A stretch of DNA of 64,000 nt from Vitrella brassicaformis CCMP3155. Lineage: Eukaryota > Protista > Chromerida. Every line of letters starts with the position of its first letter. Position 1 is the stretch's first letter. Location of the stretch: NCBI GenBank assembly GCA_001179505.1, contig CDMY01000781.1:203451-267450 (forward strand), read 5' to 3'. Shown here piece by piece: positions 33,338 to 46,100 of this stretch. Under the pieces are notes generated by a model. The model had not been told where the DNA came from. It ran no database searches and worked only from the letters and a program-made list of their open reading frames with translations. A program made the translations under genes and the position numbers.

Positions 33338-36176
33338 TCAGATGAGCGGCCTGGGTCTGGCCCTGAAGAGCTCATGCAGTCTGGCCTCACACAGCAGCGA
33401 CGACCTGTCCACCGACGACAGCCAATCCCAATGCACATTCCCACGATCACCAACACCACCTCCCGCACCACTGCCCATGCAGCCGCCATGATGATCGTAG
33501 AAGTGGGCGATCCTCCCAGCGCCCAGCCGCAGTATCTCGCTAGCAGCTGGGGCTGCCGGTGGGCGGCAGCTGGTGCTGTTGATGGTGTGTTTGGGTGGCG
33601 GCGGCACCTGGTGCTCCTCGATGCAGGTGTACTCGGCGATGAGCGAGGTGAGGGCCTCGTCGGCGGCGTGGATCTCCCCGGCTGGCATATACCGCGTGTA
33701 GTGGTGCAGGTGGGCCTGCAGGTGGGCAGGTGAAAGGCAGATCAATCAGATGACTGACTGACGTGTCTGTCCATTGGGTGTGTGATGTGATGTGCATCTG
33801 AGTGGGTGGCTGTGGTGTGTGGCGTACAACATACCTTTCTGTCGTACAGTTTGTGGAATCTGGTCTGTATTTGGTGCAGCAGGTCGCGGACGCCACACGA
33901 GTTGGACAGCGACAGGAGGCTGTACTTGTGGCCGGCGGGGGGCGTGTCGCAGATGCCGACCTTAAACGCATCCTACACACACACACCGGCAAAGCGAGAG
34001 CTCTCGCCTCCGTCCTCTTCTCTCTCGGCTGCGTGGTACCTCGTTCCATCTGAGCATCTTAAGGTGGCTCTTCACCCTGCAGGCATTCACGACGACACAG
34101 ACGCGAAATACACCATGCCCCTTGATGGCTGCCGGCTGCCTGGCGCCCACCGAGCTACGTTCCGTGTGACGTCGGCGATGGCCGCATCGCCGCGGACGAT
34201 GAACGCGGTGGCCATGCAGCTGACACAGCCGAGAGAGAGAGGGAACACACAATCAGCCAATGTCAGGGACAGGATGGATGCTTTGATGGCTCACGTGGAG
34301 GCCTTCGGGTGTATGTTGATGACCTGGTGGGCCGGCGACAGCACGTCGCTGAACAGCTGATCGAACCTGACACCAACACAGATCACATCCAAAAGCGTCT
34401 TTGCCCACGTGGATGTCAGCCGACTCCATGGCTTCCTTCCCCCGGCTGACTGACCCCCTTGGCAGCATGGCTTTGTGGTCGACCTTCTTGGGGTCTCCTC
34501 GTGTGGGGGCCGAGTGGCTGTTGATCGGACTCATCGATGACAGCAGAAAATGCAAACCCGGATACGGCACCTGAGGCATGGCCATGGATGCACTGATGGA
34601 CAGACCGGCACATCGACACGAGCTGCATTCTGTGTGTGTGGCCAGATGGGGTGTGTACCAGGTTGGTAGTGATTTCGTTGAGGTCAATGTTGAGCGTGCC
34701 CTCAAAGCGCATAGAACTGCACACTCACACGCACACCATTAACGAAAGCGCATTGGGTCATGTTGCTGACCTGGTGAGGTCGAGCAGCAGGTTGGCAACG
34801 ATGCCATTCATTTTGCTGAATGGGTGCTTGTGAGTCTTGCGCCCCCGGCCGAGCCCCGGCCTGCCCGGCGCCCTGACGCTGACACTCTCCCATGGCGACA
34901 CCGACTGAGGCGGCAGCACCCGACCCAGCTGCTGAGAGACCTCCGCCTGCAAGCAGGCAGACAGGAAGCATCCGTGTGTGTGTGGTGGGGGAGTGGCGGA
35001 GGGGCGACCTTTGCTGTCATTGCGTTGGTCATTTTGATGAGAGCGTCGTTGGCTATGGGCAGCACACACGAGGCATGCTCCTTCAACACACGCAGCGCCA
35101 ACGCACTGACATGACAGACACACACACCAGCAATGGCATGCTTCCTGATGCTGCCTGATGCTGCCGTGAGTGTGAGTGTGTGTGCCTGTTGTAGGGTGAT
35201 GTGATGACGTCGTCATCCTCTGAGGGAAACACGGCCGTCACGAAGCGATACACATCGGGGTAAGCATGCTCCAACACTGCACACACACACACCACACGCA
35301 CACGAGATGGAGGTCGCTGCTATATGTGTGTCCATCCATCCATGTGACCGTACGCTGCAGCAAATAGCATCCGGTGCCCGACCCCGTGCCGCCCCCGAGG
35401 GAGTGGAGGAAGAAAAACGACTGAAGCGAATCGCAATGCTCCACCGGACGACGGACCTGACACACAGAGAGAGGGAGTAGGAAGCCCATCGATGTGATTG
35501 CATTGACTGCCTGACCTTTTCGAGCAGCTGGTCGCGATACCGCACGCCATAGTCATTGTAACCCTGCGCCCTGAGGGGGTCAATCCAACACACATACACA
35601 CACACCACAACCACAATGCTGCCCGTGGGTTCTTCCCCAGGCGGCCGCTCACCAGTTGTTTCCCGAGCCGGATACGTCTGTGATGAGCTGTCGCGAGTCG
35701 AAGAGGTCCCTCAGCGGCCCCCTCATCAGCTCGTTGACCACACCCTCCTCCATGTCCACCAACACCGCCTGACACACACCACATCATGCCAACCACCATA
35801 GGTCACCATGGATGGATGGACGGATGGATGGATGTGCATCCACTCACTCACCCGTGCCCGCAGCGTCTTGACGGGGGCAGTGCCATCGCCAACCGGGATC
35901 TCCTTCGGATCTGAAAACCTGCGCACACACACACAGTACAGAGAGAGAGAGAGGGAGAGATCAAGGGATGGATCGGACGGTCAGATCTGGCTGTGGGCAT
36001 TGCCTCATCTCATCTGCCCACCGTGTGTCAACGTTTCTGAAGAGAACTGAGGTGCCGGCGTCGAACTGTCCCTTCTTGTTGTATGAGGCATGTTCGTTGA
36101 GGGCTTCGCTCCAGAAGATGCTGCCGATCTGGTTGCCGCACTGACCGACCTGCACCACTATCAACTCCCGAGGCAT
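33338..36176 (-). CDS. TUBE1: Epsilon-tubulin
   Basis: [18 protein letters not shown]...[78 protein letters not shown] and LYDRKAHLHHY are epsilon-specific motifs. It carries a C-terminal extension of about 90 aa. Confidence 0.95.
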
Positions 36177-36293
36177 AACGCCAAATGCGATGCGTTCAAC
36201 CTCTCATCGCCCGATGCTCCCCGATCGCCGAGGTGCAATTCTGGACGGCTGGCGCGAGCCCAGGGTGATTCTGAGCTGAAGCGCTTGCCGATA

Positions 36294-37806
36294 ATGCGGA
36301 CGACGGCGAACCCCAATTACGTGGCTCATGCGTCCTCGTCGATGCTGGACGGCAGCTGTTTCTCTGGCGAGGTGCTGGACCACTTCGCGCGGCGCGAGGA
36401 GGAGCTGCTGCTGAGGAACCAAGAACTCGACCGCAAGAAGGAACAGGTACGTACGTCTCCATCAACTAACTCCACAACACAATGCAGTACCTACGCAGGG
36501 GTGAGAGGCAGGCTTTGCACTGGTGTGTGTGTGTGTGTGTTGCGTGTGCAGACGGTGTTGGATGCGGAGCGTCTTCTGGAGAGTGTGGGCACTGCCGCCG
36601 CAGCTCCACACCCCTCCCTCACCCTCAGACACGACAGCACCGACCCCTCCCCACCCCCATCGCAGCACCACATCCACACCCACATCCACACACATGCACC
36701 GGAGCCCCCTGTGGCTGACCCGTCCGCCCCAGGTCTGGAGAGCCAGCTGCCCAGCGACCTGGGCATCGATGTCGACATCGATGGGCCATCGCCATTCCTG
36801 GAGGGACAATCCAAGACCAACACGGTGGTCCAGCGGGGCAGCAGACCGGCTGCGCGTGGTGACGATACTAGTGCGGGTGGAGGTGGAGGTGGTTTGTCGT
36901 CCGCGTCGACCCGTGCGTTGACGCATCAGGGGTACTCTCGGGCGATGTCTGGGCGGGAGGAGGACGAGGGCGGCAGCAGTGGGAGGGGGGCGGTGGGTGG
37001 AGTTGGCCGCAGTGGCAGTAGTGTGATAGCGTCTGCAGGTGCCATGAGTGTGGGGGCTAAGGTGGGCAGCATCACCACCACCAGTGTGGCTGCTAGTGGC
37101 CAGGGCGGGGGAGGGTCGGTGCGGGGCAAGGAGGAACGGGTCATCGATGACGTCTTCATCAACACACACGTGGTGGGGTGGTGGGCGGCACACCAGATGG
37201 GACACAGACAGACACAAAGAAAGGGGTGGAGGATGTGTCTGTCTGTGCTGTGTGTTGTCCTTCCTTGCAGCCGATGGGTGGCGATGTGACGACACTCCAC
37301 GCAACCATTCGGCTGCAGAAAGCACGGTGAGTGAGTGACCCTTACCTTACACCCACCCAAGACACCAACCACATCAGTGCCATCAGTGCATCTGATCTGC
37401 CCTCCTTCCTGCTCATACATACCATTCATACCATTCAGGATTCTCTCCTTGCAAGAGGAGCTGCAGCGCCGCACCCAGGAGTTGGGCACCCACCGGCACG
37501 AGCTGGTATCGTGTCAAGAGGAGGCCAAGGGTCTGCGGGATGACGTCAAGAAGTTGCAGCGGCAGACACAGCACCTGGAGACCAACCTGGAGAAGAATAT
37601 CAAGAAGAATGACGACTTCAGCCAGGTCAGTTTGCGTCTGGGTGTGTGTCTCTGAAATGAATGGGTATGTGTGCACTGCAGCGGCTTAGTTCGACTGAGT
37701 CCATGTTGGCTGACGTACGTCGCGAGAAGGAGCAGCTGAGGACTCAGCTCAGGAAGGCAGGTCAGTCACCACCCGCCCCGCAGCGCTGGCTGGCTTCTCA
37801 CATCAA

Positions 37807-37840
<34 letters not shown>

Positions 37841-38601
37841 TGGTGCAGACGTAGAGGTGGGTGGCAAGGAGAAGCGTCTGGGTCGTCTGCAGGAGGAGCT
37901 CGACAAGTACAGAAGCCAACTCAGGGACAAACGCACTGACGATAGAGAACGGTATGCCAAGCTGCCAACCAGCCACCCACCGGCATGGCATCATGGGCGT
38001 GGCCACCGTGTACTCTCCTCTGTGTGTGTGTGTGTGTGTCCAGTGCGTCTGCGGACCGACAGACGGTCGATCGCCTCATGGCTGAGGTCAAGAAGCTAGA
38101 GCGGTAGTCGAGGCGCTCACACAACTAACGAAGAGGATGAGATGGAGACACTCCCGTTCAAACGGGATGATGTGTGTCTGTGTGCCTTTGTGTGTGTGTG
38201 TGTGTGCAGGCAGCGTGGTGAGCTGGTGTCCGTCTTCAAGAAGCAGGCCAAACTCATCGACAACCTCAAGAGACAAAAAATACACATGGAAGCTGGTATG
38301 CACCCCTTTCCCATTAGCCCGCCACACACACGTTTCCCACCAGCCCATGCAATCTCTCTCTCTGTCAGCTCGTGTGCTCGGTTTCACTGAGGAGGAGTTC
38401 TATCGCCTCTTAGATCTTGACGAGCAACTGCCCCGCGCCGCCCCCGCCCCCGCCCCAGCCCCAGCCGCTGCTGCATCATCGTCGTCGGCGTCAGGCAGGG
38501 CCAGTGGGCCAGTGGCTGCGCCGAGGGTGGCTAGGAAGAGACCACCTGGTGCTGCTGATGGGGGTGGGGAGAGGGGCGAAGGGCAGGAGACGACTGAATG
38601 A
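36294..38601 (+). CDS. TEX9: TEX9-like coiled-coil protein (centriole/basal-body associated)
   Basis: Coiled-coil exons end in [39 protein letters not shown], matching the conserved TEX9 C-terminus ([31 protein letters not shown]). Confidence 0.85.
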
Positions 38602-41560
38602 CTGAGGGGTGTATAGGTGGGGGTGGGTGGGAGAGATGATTGTGTGGACAGTTTGCCGGTCTGTGAGTTCACTCATGGTCGTGTTAGCCTCGTTGTGGTC
38701 TGAGTCGGGGTGAACACGATGGATGGATGAATCAATGGATTCAGAATAGGACATGAAACGAGTTCCGCAGCGACCCACCGCACACCCGCCCCCTCACTCA
38801 CTCACGTGCACCCGTCTCTCCAGCTATCAACGACCGACGCCCCACCCCCCACCCCCCGCCCGCCCCAAATCCATCGATCCATGCCTCCCTCCTCTGCACA
38901 GCGACCGACCCACAACCTTCCCCCTCTCTCCCCCTTTGACACACGTATATCCTTCCTCCATCCCCGTGGATATGTATTAGACGACACGTCGACAAAAGGT
39001 GAGACGAAAACACGATTTGGACTGGCGACCGATAGAGACGCATGGTGTTCGTTTGTGTGGGCGTGGCCCCAGCACCGTGTGCGCGTGTGTTCGAAGCGTG
39101 TGCAGCACTGTGGCGACCAGCGCGTCTGGACCCCAGTGGCCTCGAGTTGGAGACCCCTGGGACACAGACACGCCCGGCTCCAGAGTGCATCAACACACGG
39201 CCAAGATCACACGTACGTGACGTGATGGTAGTGGGAAAGGATATAGGATATAGGCAAGCCCATTCGAAACATCGCCAGCCATCCATCCATCCATCCATGT
39301 ATGTATTTGAAAAAGACGGAATGTCCGTCCTTGCAGTCAGTCAGTCAATCATGTGACGTCACGTAAAGACAGACAGACAGACAGACACGAAACAAGACGG
39401 AAAACCGACCCATCAATCCATCAACCAACCAACCAACCAACTCACGCCCACACCAACACCCATACACGACGCTCAGCCACTTTGCTGGTCTTTCCGAGCG
39501 TCGCGTCAAGCCAGGAATGCAGGCAGGCAGGCAGGCAGGGAGAGAGGGAGGGAGGCAGCGAGGGAGATAGGTAGGGAGGGAGGGAGGGAGGAACATAAAT
39601 CCGACCAGAGGCCACGAAAGGCAGGCATCATATCATCACTTGTTCCGTCCCACCCCACCCCATGAGCGTTATGACATGCATCCATTCAGTGACGTATAGA
39701 CAGACAGAGACAGACAGACACCTGTACATGTACGTACGGAGGATAGATAAGGTCGGCCCGGGGCATCCTGCGCCCGGGCAGGCAGGTCAAGTAGCTCCTG
39801 CGCAGGCAGACAGGCAGGCAGGCAGGGAGGCATTGTCCATCCATCCACCCACCCACCCACCCACTCGTCCATCCATTCATTGGTTTATATACGGCGGTCT
39901 CATGCATCCATCCATGCATCCATCGTCATGTGGAGATTCAACACAACAAACACATATGTACGTGTGTATATCAGTGACGTAACTGACACGTGGGTACGCT
40001 CTCTTGGGTTGAGGTGAGCGGGGCGGGGCGGGGCGGGTTAGTCTAGCTAGCTAGTTTACAAGATACCAACACACCACAACATCACACACACATGCACCCA
40101 TCCATCCATCCATCCACCACACGAATGCAGAAGCCTCCGTCATGTGTCAGGTAGGAAGCGTCGTGTGCCAGGTATGTCTCTCCTCACCATGTCAATCAAC
40201 AAGGGCGTGTGAAAACCTTCTTGACTGCATGTCCGTCCGTCAGCCAGCCAGTCCATGTCACTCAACAAAACGCAACACCCCTCACCCAGCACCGGCAGCA
40301 CCAGCAGCAGCACACACATGACGATGCAATGCAATTCATCCAGAGGCAGCCGTTCGTCCATCCATCCATCCATGAGTCGATCATTCATCCAAACCATAAT
40401 AAACTCCCGTGCATGTGCGAGAGTGGAAGCGAACCACTAACTGCGAAAGAAAGTCAAAAAAGCGGTGCCAACATCCATCCATCCATCCGACAGCCAGCCT
40501 GAACCACGCAAACGCCACTCCCCGACAGCCATACGAACAGCCAGCCAGCCAGCCGTACAGACAGACAGACAGACAGGCAGACAGGCAGACAGCCATTGTT
40601 AGATAGCTTACAGACAGTCGTTCGTTGAGACATGAGCCAGGCCGGCCAGCCACGCATACGAGTACGTACTGGGCTCACTAGCTCGCTCGCCCAAGTGGGT
40701 TGGTCAGTCAAAATTGACCCGCCTCTCTCCCTCTAGTCTAGAACACGATCCTTCCCGCCCTCCCCTTGTATATACACACACACAAACGAGCGATACTTAC
40801 ACAATACACACATACATACATGTGCACTGACTGACTGGTGCAGACAGATTCCCGTGTCCGGATGGCTGCCTGCCTGTTGGTTGACGTCCCCCTCGCACAG
40901 CACCAGCCCCCACCACACACCACCCACGCCATGCCATGCCACTGTGTGTTACAGATCGTGCAGCAGCTGTCAGTCAGTCAGTCAGCAGAGAAGACACCAA
41001 TCAGCTTACACCCCGGCAGCAAAATTGGTCCCGCCCAACAGACAGACTCACAGACAGACGTTCACTTGCTAGTCAGCTCCCTATCACGGCCGTAACGTAC
41101 GTACGCAAGGCAGCCAGCCAGGGTGGGAGGGTGGGTGGGTGGGTGAGAAGAGGCATAGGGGGACCAGACAGACAGACAGTTCAAGATTGACGCCCACGTA
41201 CGCAGCACACCAGCTGTGCAGCGTCTCTTTCTCTCTCTCTCTCCCCAATGGCCAACAAACGAGCCCCCGGCTTCCTGTTCCCCCTGCCCCACCCGTCGTG
41301 TGTTCGGTAGTGTATACAGAAAAGAACGCCCGTCATTGTCTGCACGCCACGCCACACCGCGCCACCCCGTCATTGCTTAGTATCAAAAAGATAGCAATCA
41401 TTGATCTAGCTATGCATGCCAGCCATGTCACCACTCACACGCTCATGCCATTGCGGCCGAGTGGACGGCCACCCGCACACCGATCGAATTCTCCACCGCC
41501 AGACCGCCGACACACCAACGCGTGTATATGTGTGTGGCACCGCCTCCCTCCTTGTCTCTT
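38602..41560. repeat. About 3-kb gene-poor tract with a mosaic of short microsatellites
   Basis: Runs of CCAT, CAGA, CAGG, CCAA, GGGA and CCAG; no spliceable coding chain found on either strand. Confidence 0.6.
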
Positions 41561-41562
41561 CG

Positions 41563-42015
41563 CTATGATGACGACTGGCACTCTGCGGAGGACGGAGCGC
41601 TCTCCCCCTCCATGGCCGCGAGGGCGGCCCGCCGCTTGATCAGCTCCCAGTCGTATGTCGGGGCTGCCCGCGGCCGGCTCACCCAACCTACTCACACATA
41701 CAGGCACACAGAATGAGCACAGCCTTCCCCTCCCCAGTCCCACTACAAGTGCTCTTCTGAGTGCGTACTCTTCACGAAGATATTGGTGGCGAGGAGTGCA
41801 GGGAGCAGCAGGAGCGGCCAGTACGATGGCGGGGCCTCTGTGCGCAACGTGGGCCGGCCCAAGTTGTGTGTCCTGAAGCCCAAAGACACACGAGAACATG
41901 ACAGTCCACCTGGCCACCAAAAGAGTGCGTTGCCTTACCACCGTGTGGAGCCTAGAGTGGCTGCGACAGTGCTGGTGCGGACGGTGCGGCTGAAGAACCC
42001 AGAAGCCATGGCCAT
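41563..42015 (-). CDS. 101-aa single-TM microprotein with a mitochondrial-type presequence (3 exons; not in the ORF track)
   Basis: Exons 41939-42015, 41769-41872 and 41563-41687, with GTAAGG..TTCAG and GTACGC..GTAG introns of 66 and 81 nt. Product: MAMASGFFSRTVRTSTVAATLGSTRWTHNLGRPTLRTEAPPSYWPLLLLPALLATNIFVKSWVSRPRAAPTYDWELIKRRAALAAMEGESAPSSAECQSSS. Confidence 0.7.
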
Positions 42016-42255
42016 AGACGTATCGGTGAGTGCAAGGGCGAGTGAACGGACACTTAGTCTAGGACTCGCACAGGAAGTTCTTTGCTGAAACACGGGATGT
42101 GTAGGGAGCTCCCGAAACGGAGGTGCTTGAGCGAAGAAGGAAAGACAGAGACCTCGACTCTCTCACTGGATTAGGGTTTCTCGCCCCATTAGCTCGCAGT
42201 GAACGCTTCTCTCTTAGCTCGCACATCCGAAGAGAATTTCTGCCTCTCTGTCGCC

Positions 42256-42809
42256 ATGGCTGGGCTCTTTGGAAGCTGTTGCTGCTGCGTGAGTGCGGCC
42301 CCCTCGAAGAAAGAGGAAGAGAAGCTTGACGACAGGACCCAAACAACACAAACGCGTGTCAAGTTCGAGGAGCAGCCTGCTGTCGCCAAGAAAGGCGTCA
42401 AGCCCAAGAAGACACGCCGCGGCACCGGCCTCTCGAGGAAGAAAGGCGAGGCAGAAGACGAGGACGAGGAAGCCGACGCGAAGGAGGGCGAGGAGGACAA
42501 TGCTGACGAGGGGAGGGGGGCCAGTGGGGAGAAGGGGGAAGACGAAGATGACGAGGAGGAGTATGACTCTCCAACCGCCAAGAGACTGCAGATGCAAAGG
42601 GGGCGGAAAGGAACGGGTCAGTCTGCAATGAATGACAAACACGGGCGCGTCGACACATGTGATGTGTGACTGTCTGTCTGCCGTGTGTGCGTGCAGGTCT
42701 CCCTGACGCCGAGATGCGGGCACGGTTGATGGCTGAAGACGAGGATGAAGACGACGACGAGGAGAATGGCGAGGAGGAGGGAGAAGATGAGAGCAAGGGC
42801 AAATCCTGA
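42256..42809 (+). CDS. Small highly acidic protein with an N-terminal CCCC cluster and two R(R/K)GTG motifs
   Basis: Exons 42256-42616 and 42697-42809: MAGLFGSCCCCVS...KKTRRGTGLS...RGRKGTGLPDAEM...EDEDEDDDEENGEEEGEDESKGKS*. Confidence 0.7.
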
Positions 42810-43120
42810 TGGTGGAAACGCACCATCGAACGAGCCCCGTCGACCCTTGAGTGGCTGTGCATGACGGGTTGTGTTGCTATTTGATTGGACCATCCTTTCG
42901 CGTCGATGGAGGGTGACGGTGTGTGTTGGCTGGGGGGCGGGGGCGAGGGAGACAGAGCTTGTTGGTGCTGTCACTGCATAATCGGTTGACTGACGTGTAC
43001 ACGGAACATCCACTTCAGAACAAGTCAGACAGGCGAACAAGAAGAAACATCCAGAAGACACGCGCACGCATATCGACATCTGCAGATAAATAAAAGTAAC
43101 AAAATACACACATCCAGACA

Positions 43121-46100
43121 TCACGTCTCTTTAACAGCCGGCAATTTGACAGTGGTGGACGGCACTCGGTCCTTCATCCACCCTTCACTCGACAGGGTTA
43201 GATACCCGTAGCTCCCCGTCCCTTCATCCGTTGTCTCCGAGGGCGCCACCCGATTGTCCCTCTTTCCCGCTTCACTGTTGTTGATTGCGACGGGAGGCAG
43301 CGAGACGGGCGTCAGGACTGAGACGGCAGGCGGCCTGGGCTCCTCACCGTCGGAGACAATGACGAGGACTGGCCGGGGGCTCTTCGGTGTCATTTCTCTT
43401 GAGCCAGCAGAGCGATCGAAAGACCGCACACTGGCTGGCCGTGACATTGGAGGTGAGGGCGGGGGGGAGATCTGGTTTGGAGACGGAGGGCCACCTTCGA
43501 CTGTCACTCGACGCCACGTATTGGGGTAGAAGACCTTCGCTGTCGCACTGACAGCCAGAAGAAGAAAGAAAGAAGGTGGATGACACAGCAGGTGTGGCAG
43601 CCTTCTCTGTGACGTACGTTCGGGGCAGTGGAGGGAGGTCAATTGGGTGCAATCGTGGGGACGGGTGGTGGTTAGTTGTGTCTCTTGAGGTCTCTGCCAT
43701 CTTCGTCTTGGACACCTTCCGGTACTTCCACATCTTCCGCCTTGTCCACGTCTCCTCCGTTTCCTCCAGCTCTTTCAGCACCGAGCCGCGCCAGCCCCCT
43801 CCACTCCTCATCGATGCGGCGTGCCGAGGCGAGCTGGAAATGTGAGTGCGTCTCGCATGGCCGGAGACATGGTCTTTCGGCTTCTTGGATTTGGATGCTG
43901 CCGGAAGCTCGTACTTCTTCTCTTCGTAGTAAATTCTCCCACCCGGCACGACTAGACGAGTGATCTTTGGAGAGGGAGGACGGCTGGCTGGGGGCGCTGG
44001 CGGCTGGATGGGGAGAGGCAATGGGCTGAATGATATGGCCTTTTTGCCGTGTTGCCGCTTCTTGGCTGCAGACGGCTGCTCCTCCGACTGCTGGAGGGGC
44101 ACTATCTCGAGGGGCGCCGGCGGTGGCGAGTCTTCCCTTTTCTGGATGACTTGGCGCTGCCGCTTGCGCACATCCCGCAACCTGAAGCTCGACAGGGTCA
44201 TTCTGCGGTGGTCGATCAACTCGCTGCCAACTGCAGGAAAAGACATGATGACAAAAAGGGCTTATCCGATGCTAGTGATACCATTTCATGCGTGGAGTAC
44301 CTTGTCGCCCTCCGGCTTTCCACGGCAGGCCTTCTACACTACTGTCATCCCTGTCGTAGTCGTCGCTCTGCCTGTCCTCATCCATGGAGGGCGGCAGCCG
44401 GCGAGCAGTCCGATCCCGCGCAGTGCTGCCGTGCCCGACACCCTCGATGCACATCAACGTGTCGATCTCCATGCCGCGTCTTGCAAATGGAGAGGAGCGA
44501 CGCAGAAGAGGCAGCGATGGGTGGCCTTTGTCAACCAGTTGTGTCATTTCAGGATGGAAGTAGGCCGCATCAGGGTGGTAGATAGCCGACATGCGCGCGT
44601 GTCTGCTCCACGAGACACAAGAAGTGGACGACCGTCTCTCTGCTTCGGCTAAATGCTTCTCTCTCACCTTGTTGCGCTGATAGTGAGTGGGATGGAGAGG
44701 TCCTCGTCAGACATCGGCTCTCCAACGGCCTCGCGTAGGACAGCAAGAGCGTCCTTGACCTCTTCGTCGCCCTCCTTTTCCTTCAGCGCAAGCTCGATCA
44801 TCTCCTGCTCCAGACTGTCCTCTGGTGTCGCCTTCTGCTGACCTCGACGTGGTTCAACAATCTCCTCTGGCATCGCGGACGGAAGCTCGGCTACACTAGC
44901 GTCTCTGAGTCGCGGCGCTAGAGGCGGCAACGGCGCAAGAGGCGGCAGCGCACCATGTCCTTCGAGACCAAATGCGCCGCCTTGAGCTCCCAGTCCCCTT
45001 GGCGCCTTGACGCCGAGAGATGGTCGAGTGAAAGCTTTCGCCGACGGCCGGTCTTTCACTCCAACACCAACGGAGAGCGGGGGCACTCGGGGAAAGACAG
45101 CGGCAACGGCGGCATCAGGCTTGACAGCTTCAGCTTCTTCAACACCGGCCTCTTCTGGCTGGCTGGAGACATCAGGCCGCACAGGTCGTCCCCTTAGAGT
45201 CGACACAGTGGTGCGCCTTGCGGTGACAACTGCGGCAGATGGCGGAGCGCCGAATCTGTCGACCACTTCGGCCTCTTCCTCTTCTATAATACGGGTTGGG
45301 GAAGTCTCCAAGCCGACCAATGCACGCCTGACGGGTGGCGGCTCAACAGAGGGCTTCTCCCTCTCCTCCACCGCTGCCTCGGGTGCGGGTATGGACGGCT
45401 GGGGAGACGGCTCGTCCCATCGTTGTGGTTCTGGCGATTGCGGAATCTGGACTGGTGTCGTCTTTGGGATCGGAGCACCAGCATCCGGTCGCGAGGGCGC
45501 TGTAACGGGTGCCGTTGTTGGGATAGTCGCGGGTTTGGACGGCGGCCCGCTGACGGGGAGTGGCGCAGGCCCTGCAGGCGCAGATGGCTGCATTCTGGTC
45601 TCTGCACGGACTGAAGGCGCCTTCCCTGTGGCGGGAGGAGGGGCAGCAGGTGCAGGCGGCTGCTCTTTCGTGATTGAAGGTCGCTCCAATGTATCCGGCG
45701 GGGAGACACGTGGCTGTTCAGCTCGCTCCTCTTTGATCTCCTCCTGCTTGGCTGCTGCAGCAGCTGCTGTTGGCTTGTCCATCGAGCGCCTTTCCGCCTT
45801 TTCCACTCTGTCCTTCTCCGGCACCTCTTCACGACGCACCTCTGCTGGTCTCACAGCTTCTTGTGTCTCCTTGGTAGGTTCTCGGGCAGCAGGTGGTAGT
45901 GTTGCTGCCGGCAGCAGTGGCCGCTCCCGCCTGGGCTGAGACGGCCGATCCTCAGACAGCGCCAGCCGCCTCTCCGAATCCAGGTGACCGGAGGGCGACT
46001 CCAGTGGTGAGGATGGGCCAGAAACCACAACCGACAGCTGCTCTCCGGTCATCTGCCGGGCCATTTGCGTCTGCACCAGCACCTCAGCAAGTGTCCCTCG

